The notes under the pieces: generated by a model
What the model saw: the letters and a program-made list of their open reading frames with translations, nothing else
Told to the model about the DNA's origin: nothing
Database searches by the model: none
Translations under genes and position numbers: made by a program
DNA from: Eledone cirrhosa
Taxonomy: Eukaryota
NCBI GenBank assembly: GCA_964016885.1
Contig: OZ024741.1
Span: 305,474,001 to 305,538,000 of the forward strand
DNA: 64,000 bases
Reading direction: 5' to 3'
Shown here: piece by piece, positions 1 through 12,462 of the stretch
Numbering within the stretch: the stretch's first letter is position 1
Layout of the letters: each line of letters opens with the position of its first letter

Positions 1-2280
1 GAAGGTAGCTTGAAAATGTCACTATGAAAGGCTACTAAATGAGGAGAATAAATGGGAGAAAGACAGTCTCCCCCACATCGACCCAATAGAGGGACCAGCA
101 GTGTTAGTCGAGGGTAGTATAATAAGTAAGGCAATCAAAGATATGAAGACGGGTAAGGCGGCTGGGCCTTCGGAAATAGTTGCCGAGATGCTGAAGGCAT
201 CTGGTACGGTGGGACACACCATGGTCACCCGGATAGTTAACCAAGTCATACAGAATGGGGTTGTTCCGAAGGACTGGCGTAGCAGCATCATCGTTAACTG
301 TTATAAGGGTAAAGAAGATGCCCTAGATAGGAGTAACTATAGAGGCATTAAATTAATCGACCAGGTCATGAAGGTCACGGAAAAAGTAATAGCGCAATTA
401 ATCAGAGAGAGAATTGATCTAGATGAAATGCAGTTTGGGTTTGTGTCAGGCAAAAGTACCATAGACGCTCTTTTCATTGTACGACAACTACAGGAGAAGT
501 ACCTAGCTAAAAGTAAACCCCTATACTTAGCTTTTGTCGACTTGGAGAAAGCCTTCGACAGAGTCCCCCGTTCCATTATCTGGTGGGCTCTTAGAAAACT
601 AGGTGTTGACGAATGGCTTGTGAGAGCTATACAAGCCATGTATAAAGAAACAGTCAGCAAGGTTAGAATTAACAACGAATATAGTGAAGAGTTTAGCGTA
701 AAAGTTGGCGTCCATCAGGGCTCTGTTCTCAACCCCCTACTATTTATTATTGCCCTTCAGGCTATAACAGAGGAGTTCAAGACCGGTTGCCCATGGGAAC
801 TCCTATACGCAGATGACCTAACACTCATAGCTGAATCAATGGCCGAGCTAGAGAAGAAATTCCAAACATGGAAGCACGGCCTAGAATCAAAAGGCCTTAA
901 AATTAACCTGGCTAAGACTAAAGTTCTAGGTTGTAAGAAAGAAAATAAGGCGGCGGTCCCTTCCGGGAAGTGGCCATGCTCAGTGTGTAGGAAAGGCGTA
1001 GGTAGAAACTCCATTTTATGTCCCAAATGCAAAGTATGGGTGCATAAAAGATGTAGTGGGATCACAGGTAAGCTAACTAAGAACATAGATTTTACATGTG
1101 GCCGGTGCTCTGGTGCAATAAGTAGCAGCAAGTGCCCACAAAATACTAGCTCTTTCAACTGCGCAGAGGGTTCTATAGAAATAGTGGACAGCTTCCGTTA
1201 CCTGGGTGACAAAATCAGCAGTGGGGGAGGGTGCTCTGAAAGTACAGTAGCTAGAGTCAGAACTGGATGGAAAAAGTTCAGAGAGCTTATACCACTATTA
1301 GCCGCTAAAGGGTTCTCCCTAAAAATGAAAGGCAGGCTGTATGATGCCTGCATACGAACAGCAATGTTGCATGGCAGTGAGACCTGGGCATTGTGTGCAG
1401 AGGATATACATAATGTAAAGGCAGACTAGAGAGAAACGAAGCTTGCATGCTCCGCTAGATGTGTAATAGTAATATACGTGAACGGCAAAGCCTAAACGAA
1501 CTAAGGAAAAAATTAGAAATAAGAGGGATCAGATGTTGTTTACTCGAGAGAAGGCTACGTTGGTATGGTCACGTGATGCGCATGAAGGATGATAGCTGTA
1601 TAACAAAGTGCAGGGCAATAAAGATAGACGGTAGCCACGGAATAGGCAGACCCAGAAAAACCTGGGACGAGCTGATAAATTCCGACCTCACACACTTACA
1701 CCTCACCAAGACAATGTCACTGGACCGAGACCTTTGGCGGTACTCAGTAATAGAGAAGACCCGCCTTACCTAAATACAAAGTAAAACCTACTACAATCAG
1801 TAGGCATCTCTAACAAAATACACCCCCGTCCCACCACCCCCACCTCATCCACACCGCCCCTTTCAATGTAAAGTTATGTTGGTGCCACAAAATCCAGACC
1901 GAAACAAATGAGATCGTGTAGGTGTCACGAAAAAAAAAACACACAGTTCACGCTGTAATGTGGCCGTGTAGGCAACACGGAAAAAACCTCCCAGCCCCAC
2001 ACTGTAAATGTGGTTGGTGTTAGGAAGGGCATCCAGCTGTAGAAAACCCGCCAGACAGTCCACGCTGTAATGTGGCCGTGTAGGCAACACGGTAAAAACT
2101 TCCCAGCCCCACACTGTAAATGTGGTTGGTGTTAGGAAGGGCATCCAGCTGTAGAAAACCCGCCAGATAGTCCTATGCGAGCAAGATAATCACTCTTGCC
2201 TCAAGTGGGAAAACTCCCGTCCAAACCCATGCAAGCGTGGAACACGGACGTTAAACGTTGATGATGATGATGATGATGAT
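1..2280 (+). mobile_element. RTE-clade LINE copy 1 (5' part outside window): RT with inserted PHD finger, C-terminus, 3'UTR and (TGA)n tail; disrupted near 1405-1458
   Basis: ORF 101-1429 has RT motifs (NYRGIKL, QFGF, AFVDLEKAFD, GVHQGSVLNP, YADD at 806-817, FRYLG). The C-terminus (RRLRWYGHVMR, GRPRKTW) continues out of frame to 1773, with an in-frame TAG at ~1456. The 3'UTR ends in GATGATGAT at ~2260-2280, as in the minus copy at 12463. Confidence 0.93.
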
Positions 2281-2311
2281 TTATAAATAAACACACACAC
2301 ACACATATATA

Positions 2312-2344
<33 letters not shown>

Positions 2345-2433
2345 GTATATATTTATATATAAATGTTTATATATACAAATGTATAAATATATATATAAAT
2401 AATACATATTTATATATGTATAATGTATAAATC

Positions 2434-2842
2434 ATCATCATTTCTTCATTTTACATCTGCTTTTCCCCGCTTGTAAGGGTGGGATGGGAACTGATTCTGG
2501 CTTGATTTCTACAGCTGGATGCCCTTCCTAACGTGTAGGCGCCACAGAAAAAAAGCACCCAGCATTCACTGTAAATCAGATTGGTGTTAGGAAGGGCATC
2601 CAGCTGTAGAAATCAAGCCAGAATTAGTTCCCGTCCCACCCTTACAAGCGGGGAAAAGCAGATGTAAAATGAGATGATAGGGACTGGGTCCCTATCATCT
2701 CATTTCTACCCCTGAATAAACTGGAGCAATGTGAAATAAAGTGCCTTGCTCAAGGAAACAACACATCACCCGGTCTGAGAATTGAACTCACAACCTTTCG
2801 ATTGCAAGCCCAATGCTCTAACCACTATGCCATGTACCTCCA
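2434..2842 (-). mobile_element. Rearranged tRNA-derived CORE-like SINE with internal inverted duplication of its tail
   Basis: Head at 2666-2842 matches 6181-6330 in reverse. The tail appears twice in opposite orientation (2446-2532 and 2587-2672). Confidence 0.8.
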
Positions 2843-2974
2843 TATAATATATAATGTATAAATATATACATATAAATGAATATATTTATATATGTATATA
2901 TATATATATATATGCACATATATGCATATCTATGTATGTATATATGTATATACACACATATATATATATATGTT

Positions 2975-3016
<42 letters not shown>

Positions 3017-3589
3017 GGGATTGGGGTGCATATGTATGTAAGTGTATGTACACATTACGTTTGGCTGTTTATTTTTCTCTATATATATGCATGTGCAGGA
3101 GAGTTGGTTGTTAGATGTAGGTGTGTAAACATCAGCTTATATAGATTATATAAAGTCATATATATTGGCTACCACTTCGTTTTTAGTTCAATTCCACTGC
3201 ACCGTACCTTGGTCAAATGTCATCTACTATAGCTTTGGCTTAACTAATATCTTGCAAGTGGAATTTGGTATATAGACATTTGTACAGAAGCCTCGTCATC
3301 ATCATCAATATTATCATCCTCATCATCATCTTGCGCCCATAGAGTAATCTCCCCTTAATACATAATGCACTGTCAAGGGAAGCAATTCATAAACATTTCT
3401 AGCCTGCTAAAGTTTAATGTCTATTCTCCATGCTTGCATGGGTTAAATGAGTTGTTACACTATGTGGCTAGCCAGGTTAGGTCACATGACCATGTCTTGT
3501 TAATATTGGCCTGGTTTCTACGGCTGAATGGCCTTCTTAATGTCAGCCACATTACATTATGTACTGAGAGCTTTAATTGTGGCACCAGC

Positions 3590-3925
3590 ACTACCACTTT
3601 AGAGAGTAGACTTTTCATAGAGGTCGAAGAACGACCACATAACAGGGTAAAATGGGTACTATTTTTGTTGTGGTATTGGCACGACCACTTTACAGGATGG
3701 ACTGTGTGCTTTTTGTCATGGCACCAGTAGGACCACCTTATGGGGTGGACTGGGTGCTCTCTTTTTGTCATGGCACTAGCATGACCACCTTACTGGGTGG
3801 ACTGGTAGCTTTTGTTGTTCTGGCACCAAGATGACCACCTTATAGGGTGGACTTGGTGCCTTTGTTGTTGTACCAGCTCTATCACTGTTCAGGTGGACTG
3901 TGGACTTTTTGTCATGGCACAAGCA
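3590..3925. repeat. Degenerate ~50-bp tandem array derived from the SINE/RTE internal module
   Basis: Recurrent units like TTTTGTCATGGCACCAG..GACCACCTTA..GGGTGGACTGGGTGC, about 6 copies. Confidence 0.65.
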
Positions 3926-4690
3926 CTGACAAGTATGTGTGTAGCATGTCTGGCTTTCCATGCATGCATGGGTTGGACGGGAGAGGTGTGGAAGATGGGG
4001 GTGTGATGGGGGAGTGGAATACATCCTCATCATCATTAATCATCCATTTTCCATGCCTGCCTGGGCCTGATGGGCTGTAATGCTCTGAGACTAGGCCAGA
4101 CAGGAGAATATGTCTAGTTCATACATTCCATTTTTGTTTGGTATGGCCTCGCCAGTCGGATATCTTTCCAAACCGTAACCAAGCATTTTACCATGGTACA
4201 AGGTGTGGCATGTCTGGCTTTCCATGTTAGCATGGGTTGGATGGTTGAGTGTGTGCATCCATCCTTGTAGGCTGACATGACTGACAGTGATAAGGTGGGG
4301 GCTACCTTTCCAAGCTGGAAAGAGTTGGACAAATAGGTGTGGAGGGATTGTTTTTCCCTACTAGCAGAAGTTGTTGGATGTGCTAGTCAGGTTGGGATGG
4401 AGAAAGTGAACAGAGGAGGCTAATATGGGATACTTAGCTAATGAGGGGGAGAGGAAAGGTGATATATATATATATATATGATTTGAACTCGGGAATTTTA
4501 TATTCTCCGAGGGAGAAGAGCCTTCTGAAGATTGCTCCCTTCTCAATGGAAATCCGCTTGGATTTTCCGTTTATTCTGGAGCATGAAACCGTGGGAAAGA
4601 CACATATAGTAAGTACTGCGAATTTTTTAAAATTTATTTTAAAACTTTTTCTTTATTTGCTAGACCCTGATTTTATATATAAATATATAT

Positions 4691-4864
4691 ATAGGAACCA
4701 GTAAGACCCCGACGGCTGAGCTCAAGCCGTTTCGACGGCTAATTCTGGACTAAATGAAAATTTATCCTGGTATTTAAATAGCCGATCTTCTAAATTTTCA
4801 TTTAGTCCAGAATTAGCCGTCGAAACGGCTTGAACTCAGCCGTCGGGGTCTTACTGGTTCCTAT
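4691..4864. repeat. Fold-back inverted repeat (~75-bp arms) in a (TA)n-flanked Penelope-like fragment; each arm carries the 3' half of a hammerhead
   Basis: 4691-4764 is the reverse complement of 4791-4864. The right arm reads GAAA-CGGCT-tgaactc-AGCCG-TC (stem III plus GUC triplet). Confidence 0.75.
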
Positions 4865-5046
4865 TACCCACTCTACTACCCCAAGTATTGAGTACTTTGG
4901 TGCGTTATGGTCCACCTGGTTCCTTACCACATTTCCTTTGTTATATATATATATAGAGATATAGAAAGAGTGAAGAATTGATTACCTATAACAATATTTT
5001 GTTATCCCTTGTATATGTATATATATATATATAATATATATATATC

Positions 5047-5080
<34 letters not shown>

Positions 5081-5710
5081 CAGTCCACGCTGTAATGTGG
5101 CCGTGTAGGCAACACGGTAAAAACCTCCCAGCCCCACACTGTAAATGTAGTTGGTGTTAGGAAGGGCATCCAGCTGTAGAAAACCCGCCAGACAGTCCTA
5201 TCCACTCTTGCCTCAAGTGGGAAAACTCCCGTCCAAACCCATGCAAGCGTGGAACATGGACGTTAAACGATGATGATGATGATGATGATGATAATATATA
5301 TATATAATATATATATAATACTAATAATAATAAATTTGAAGACTAAAATCCAGAGGGCTTGATAAGGATAAATATATATCAGATATATAAGAACCCTAGT
5401 GCAAATATTTATTAAAATAACAGATTAAAGTTTAAGCAAAGAATCGTTGCTTAAACTTTAATCTGATATTTTAATATATATATATGGGATAACAAGTTAT
5501 CGTTTTAGGTAATCCAGTTAGAGGTTGTGAGTACTCTGTTCTAAGGATAGTTTTAACATACGCATTGTTTGACTCAACAAGAAGTTTCCTTAGCTAGGTA
5601 CCAAGTCTACAAGAATTCCCATATAGGTTATTCTTGGAGTAATAATAGTCAAAGAGTGAAGAATAACATGGTCAGCTGTACAAAAAGGGTTTGTGTTACT
5701 CTCCACTCTT

Positions 5711-5769
<59 letters not shown>

Positions 5770-5950
5770 ATAAATTAACGGAGGCATAGGCCGTCGTTAT
5801 TCCCTGTAAATAATGTGCTCAAAGGGGAAGAGATCCTGAGCCCTTTAAAATATAATATGTTGAGAAGGTAACACACCAGAGATGGTGGTTTTTTCCCTGT
5901 ATTATTGATAACGCACTATATATCTCTCTCTGGTGTGTTACCTTCTCAAC

Positions 5951-6042
<92 letters not shown>

Positions 6043-6180
6043 TTTTTATTAAGGCTAAATAGTGAGTCTTGTTACTGTGGAGTTTTGCCTGTTTATCACA
6101 GGGTAGAACCTCAGTATTGAGTACGCTTTTATCTCACCCATCAACCAAATATGTATATGTATATATATTTATTTATATAA

Positions 6181-6545
6181 GAGGCACATGGCTTAGTGGT
6201 TAGAGCATTGGCCTTGCAATCGAAAGGTTGTGAGTTCAATTCTCAGACCGGGTGATGTGTTGTTTCCTTGAGCAAGACACTTTATTTCACATTGCTCCAG
6301 TTTACTCAGCTGTAGAAATGAGATGATAGGACTGGGTCCCTATCATTCCACTGGTCCCTATCATTCCAAGTGGTCGTGGAGGTGCCACGGCAAAAAAAGC
6401 ACCCACTCAGCACTCACTGTAAATGAGATTGGTGTTAGGAAGGGCATCCAGCTGTAGAAATCAACCCAGAATCAGTTCCCGTCCCACCCTTGCAAGCAGG
6501 GAAAAGCGGATGTAAAATGATGATGATGATGATGATGATGATGAT
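6181..6545 (+). mobile_element. Full-length tRNA-derived SINE (CORE-like middle, RTE-derived tail)
   Basis: A box TGGCTTAGTGG; B box GAGTTCAATTC; CORE-like CCTTGAGCAAGACACTTT...CAGCTGTAGAAATGAG; (TGA)n tail. Near-identical copies at 11299-11638 (-) and 55652-56050 (+). Confidence 0.88.
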
Positions 6546-8896
6546 AGGCACATATGAATATCAGTAGATATACACACCTGTAGGTTTGTTGTTTTATGAT
6601 CACAGATGTGTATATGTGTCTGTGCATGTGTGAGTGTCTTCACACATACACATATACATGCACACGCATACACTCACACACATATACATACACACACACA
6701 CTTGGTAATTATTTCTCAGTTGAACAGAAATAATGATCATAAAAAGGAGTGGAGGTATGTTAGATTGTAGGAAACCACTTCACAGAGTAGCTGGAATGAA
6801 CCAGTCTTCAAAACAAAACAAAACAAAACAAAACAAAACAAAACAAAACCCAAAAAATTCTCAAAGAACTGTACCTAACACTCTGTTAAATATGGCTATA
6901 GTTATTTATTTATGTATTATTTTGTGTGTATATATATATATATATATATATACATTTATATAATTATATATATGTGTGTGTGTATATGTGGGTATATATA
7001 CATATGGGTGTGTGCTCATGTATAGATATGTATAGATACACACACGCATATATATATGTAGATATATATATGTATATATATAATTTATGTTTACAGATTG
7101 ACTTATTTCTGCAGCCCACATTGTTCCACAGACAAACCCCTCCAACTCCTGCAGATGCCTTGAGATAAGACTTATCTCAAGACATCTGAATGACTTAAGA
7201 TACGTTTATGCCTATGAAACCACGAATAATGCAGAAATAAGGCAAACTCATAACATAAATACTCTCAACCTACACATTATATGTTGATTACTTTTTTCTT
7301 CTGTTTGTACTTACATTTGTATATATATATATACAGATATATATAACCCATGGTAGCATAGAAGATGGACGTTAAATGATGATGATGATGATGATGATGA
7401 TGATATATATATATGTACATATATATTTTATGTATATTTATATATATATAAATAATGTTGTTTCGAAAACTGAGATGGATTGCAAGCATATTAGAATTCA
7501 TAGAATAATGAGAAAAATGAGAAACCTCAATGCAGGAAAAGCTGTTAAAATAGCCAAATACCGTCAATGATAATGTCGGGCAAAAATACCCCAAAACAGA
7601 AACCTTTGGTTAGAAGTGTGATGGCCCACAGTAGTGATAGGAAGAAAGAAATAAAGGATGATAATGAATAAAATAAGATCATGCACACATCTTTTTACCT
7701 CATCAGCTCCCTTACCAGCTGTGGTTTCGCACAATTTAAATTGTGAGTACCACATAAAATTACCAGCATTATCATGCAACAGAAAAATTATCATGCAACA
7801 GAAAAATGAATATTTCTGTTGGTATGATGCGTGCACGATAAAACAAACTGTACAGATAGACTGACAGACAGATCAGAGAGAGAAGTAAAGTGTATCTTAT
7901 CGCCACCAAGTCACCACTAGAAAGGACAACAAAATCCCTGGGGTGGTAGAAGAGGCAGCAAGTGGAAGTTACAAGCAGGAGTAGCAAGAAGGAGAAGGGA
8001 GAAGAGAAGAGCAGGTGAAAGAAAGAGAAAAAGAGCAAAAGAAGGAAAAGAAGGCGACTCACTATTGTACTCTGCTACACTCTTATACACACCACCTATA
8101 CCCTCTCCCATATTCATTCCTTAGATGCTATCTTTACCCCCTAAAATCCTTACGTGCTCTTTGTCACACCCTAATATCTAGTCCCAGCATTCCATCAATG
8201 CCCTCTCCACTCTCACTCCTTAGCTGTTCTCTCAATCACTACACCTCCTGTTTCCGGCACTGTGTGTTCTCATTTCTATGAGGGGGAAAGAAAGGGAAAA
8301 AAAGGAGAAAGGACCCTTCAGTTATGTCACAGTACAACAAGCTTTCTTGTGTCGGTGATCTACACAATAAACACACCCAGTACATGCTGTAAAGTGGTTG
8401 GTGATAAGAAGGGCATCCAGCCATAGAAAGCTTGTGAAACAAAGGTTTGGGAGGACCCTTCAGTTATGACAAAGATATGACAACTTCTCCTGTGCAGTCA
8501 TTAGAATGTGAGATCATACGTAAGCAAGATGTAGATCCCTGGCCTGTCTGGGAGATCAGTAGCCCCGCTCCAGTACTGACTTGGTCAATGTAGACCCGTC
8601 CAACCATTGCTAGCAGGGAAAGCAGACATTAAAACGACAATGATGATATATATATATCTTCATTGTTGTTTTAACATCTGCTTTATTAAAGTTTTGCTCC
8701 GACATAGCTGTATACATATAAGTATATGAATTTCGTATATCTAATGATATATAGTATGTTTACGAATAAACATTTGGAAACCCCAAGAAGATTTGAACTC
8801 AGAATGTTAAGAACCATAAACCATTTTTGCATTACACATAGGGTCAGTATATTTGAACAATGTCAGTATTTGACTGGTTCCATGTCAAAATAAGAT

Positions 8897-9045
8897 GAAG
8901 TGGCAGAATAAGTAGAATGTCAGATAAAATGCTTTGGGGTATTTATTCTGGCTCTCATCAATCTGAGTTCAAATCCTGCCATGGTCAATTTTGACTTCTA
9001 CCCTTTTGATGTGGATAAATAAAGTACCAGAATACTGGGTTGACT
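8897..9045 (+). mobile_element. Nin-domain-type tRNA SINE, degenerate
   Basis: TGGCAGAAT..CTGAGTTCAAATCC..GATAAATAAAGTACCAG, matching the family at 41410 and 36068. Confidence 0.65.
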
Positions 9046-10676
9046 CTTCTTGCATATCTCTTTCTCATTTCTCTCTCTCTGTCTCTGTCTATGTCTCTCT
9101 GTCTCTCTCTCTCTTACTCTCTCTATCTATCTATCTCTCCCCATATCTCTCTCTTGCTCTCAATCTATGTTTCTCTAGAAGAAATTGTTTGTGTTCAGAC
9201 ACCAAGAAAAATTCTATCAGGATTTAAGGGCCTATGAAATGGGCATTGATGTCAAAATGTCCTTAACAACATCAGAAGGATTAAAGAAAAATTCAATCCT
9301 GGTAGGTTTTAAACTCAGAACACAAAAGGACATAATTATTCAACAAAAGCCATTTTGCTAGCTAAACTCCTAATTATGTCATTCACTGCTTTGGAAAAAA
9401 AATGGCCTTCTTCTGTCATGATTGGTCATAGGTTTCACGCATGTGACTAACCATGGATTTGTATCTCCAAGGTACAAGCCTGGACAGGATATTTCGTGGA
9501 AACCAACAGTCGTACATGTATGGAAGTCTTTTCACTGCATGACACCAATGTTGTCCAAGAGTAAGGCAAAATCTAATACAGCTTGGCACTAGTGACGTTG
9601 CAACTCATTTTTATCAGCTGAGTGAACTGGAACAACATGAAATAGAGGGTACAAGGTGCCGTTAAGTCTGGGAACTGAACTCATGCCCTTACGATTGTGA
9701 AGCCACCTTAGCAACCACTAAACCACACACCTTTACTTTCAACTACCTTCATATTCATGTACAAATTTATTCATACAATATCAATAGACATATATGTGTA
9801 TTTTGGCAAATATATGAGCAAGAGTATGTGCATGCACACACACATATGCACATACACATGTGACCATACACATGCATGCACACACATAGACACCTACACT
9901 CATATATGCACACGTACATGCACACATATGTGCGCACACACTCACACACTCACACACACATACACAAAATCTGCTTCTCGTTTTCATACATACCATATAT
10001 CTCGTAAATATCTTAGATTTTCAAAGATAAAGCCAATTAAATGCTGCTTTATAAGACATCATGTGTATACATACATACTTTCATATATATATATATATAT
10101 ATTGCACCTTAGTAGCTAGTCCTTCCATCCCACCCATGCCCCCTCCACTATCACTCCTTAGCTATTCTCTCTATCACTACACCTCGCATTTCCAGCACTG
10201 AGCATTCTCATCTCCACGAGAGAGAGAGAGGTCAAGAAGACCCTTCAGCTGTGCCACAATAGAGCAACCTCTCTAGTGTTGGTGATCCACACAATAAATG
10301 CACATAATACACGCTGTGAAATGGTTGGTGATAAGAAGGGCATCCAGATGTAGGAAGCTTGCCAAACAAATGGCTGGGAGGACCCCTCAGTCATGTCAAG
10401 GACATGACAGTGTCACTAATACTAGTGATCTACACAATAAATACACCCAGTACATGCTGTAAAGTGGTTGGTGATAGGAAGGGCACCTATCCATAGAAAG
10501 CCATAATTTCCCAACCCAGGTGCTTGCTACCAAAGGTTTCAAAGCACACTCTAGAATAGGTCAAAGAAACGCTATATACATATTAGTGTTGCTATCTTTT
10601 ATACTTTCACTTTAACATATCTATAATATCTCTATGACATATGCTAGAGTGACCTTTGAAACCTAAGGTATATATA

Positions 10677-10753
10677 CAGGGTGCCCCCAAACATGTATAC
10701 ATGCTTCAATAGCATTCTAATAAAAGTGTGTATACATTTTTTGGGACACCCTG
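10677..10753. mobile_element. Tc1/mariner-type MITE
   Basis: TIRs CAGGGTGCCCCCAAA / TTTGGGACACCCTG, with TA on both sides. Confidence 0.75.
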
Positions 10754-10899
10754 TATATAAATATATGTGTGTGTGTGTGTGTGTGCATGTGTGTGTGTGT
10801 TTGTATGTTTATGTGTGCGTACATTGGAGAGGAATAAATTATACTCACTCACTAGGTGAGTGGGTAGTCATCATTATTATCATCATCCTCACCATCTTT

Positions 10900-11290
10900 A
10901 TATTAACCTTTCCATGCTTGCATAGGTTGGATAGGTCTTTTGCACTGTTAATCTGGCTGTGAGATTCAGTGATTTGAGTTCAATTCTTATAACCTCAGCC
11001 CAGGTATTCTTTGGCCTCTCTTTACTGTAGCTCTCTTCCACTGGGATTTTTGGCATTTCTTCACCCAACAATAATCATCCTTATGCATCACATGACCATA
11101 CCAGTGCAGTCTTCTCTCCTGCACACTACATCTGATTCCTCTTATATCCAGCTTTTCTTGTTGCTCATTCATGCTTTTTTGATCTCACACATTAGCATTG
11201 CACATCCATTGGAGCATGCTCATTTTATTTCTCCCAAGCCGTTGCATATCTTTTGTCTCACTAACATCAAACATTGCACAGGCATCTCTC
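10900..11290 (-). mobile_element. RTE LINE 3' fragment
   Basis: Translation EKLDIRGIRCSVQERRLHWYGHVM is homologous to the C-terminus of copy 1. Confidence 0.8.
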
Positions 11291-11298
11291 ATATGTTT

Positions 11299-11638
11299 CA
11301 TCATCATTCATTTCATTTTATGTCCACTTTTTCCTGCTTGCAAGGGTGGGACGGGAACTGATTCTGGCTTGATTTCTACAGCCGGATGCCCTTCCTAACA
11401 CAAATCTCATTTACAGTGAGTGCTGGGTGCTTTTTTTCCATGGCACCTCCACGACCACTTTGCAGGGAATGATATGGACCCTAGTCCCTATCATCTCATT
11501 TCTACAGCTGAGTAAACTGGAGCAATGTGAAATAAAGTGTCTTGCTCAAGGAAACAACACATCACCCGATCTGAGAATTGAACTCACAACCTTTTGATTG
11601 CAAGGCCAATGCTCTAACCACTAAGCCATGTGCCTCCA
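11299..11638 (-). mobile_element. CORE-like tRNA SINE, full length
   Basis: Reverse-complement copy of 6181-6545. Confidence 0.88.
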
Positions 11639-11961
11639 TATATATATATATATATACACTCTGTACACAGCTGTAAAAAAACCTGCCAAACAAAGGAAGG
11701 AATCTTTAACCGTGTCAAATATTTGGCAGCCTCGCTTGTGCTGGTGTCATAAAATGGACTCATTAGAATGTAGAAACATTTTTCTGCAAGATGGAGCCCC
11801 CTCCCCTTGGCCATCTAATAGTTTAGTAGCTTCACTTGATAACTGACTCAGTCTGTGATGAACTGTTCAGCCTTTGCTATCAGGGAAAGCGAATATAAAA
11901 TTATATATATGTATATATATATTAGTCTTTATTTTCTATTTATCTTCTATTTCTAACTCTA

Positions 11962-11997
11962 TCTTCTGATGAAGGACTAGTGTCCGAAACGTTAAGA
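11962..11997 (+). ncRNA. Minimal type-I hammerhead ribozyme (Penelope-type)
   Basis: TCTT-CTGATGA-a-GGAC tagt GTCC-GAAA-CG-TT-AAGA: stem I TCTT/AAGA, stem II GGAC/GTCC, palindromic ACGT stem III (dimer type). Confidence 0.75.
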
Positions 11998-12192
11998 CTC
12001 TCTTCTTGCTATTTCAAGCGTTAAACTAATATATTTCTTCCATCTCTGAGACGGCGAGGCCTGATAACAACATGCTGCTTCGTTCATCTCTGGGTCAAAA
12101 ACATAAACACACTTTTTTCTTTTCTGTTTTTTCTTTGCTTGTTTCCTTAAAGTTTACCATCATTCCGTTGGTATACATCTATTACGCAATTT

Positions 12193-12243
12193 ACACCTGA
12201 AGATGTCATCTGGTTCTTATGCAACCTGAAATGAGCATAGCGT
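12193..12243 (+). ncRNA. Degenerate hammerhead candidate
   Basis: ACAC-CTGAAGA-...GGTT cttatgc AACC t-GAAA-TGAGCA-TA-GCGT. Stem I has one mismatch and stem II is irregular. Confidence 0.4.
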
Positions 12244-12462
12244 TTCCAGAATAAATAATTAAGGAATTTCAACATATTTGGCCTCGTGTAATTTCACTTT
12301 ATAATACATTTACTCCGTTCCCGCACCACCAGCAGGATTCAACATCAAAGATGGATGAGTTGCATAATGCTGAGTGCTTTTCTCGTATTACATCATGATC
12401 AACATTGTAGAATGACCAATTCTACCCAGTGGTAAACCACCAAATTTAAACGTATATATATA

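Noticed and set aside
6181-6252. tRNA gene
   Set aside because: A and B boxes are present, but the sequence continues into a multi-copy SINE body and tail. The same holds for 42680 and 55652.
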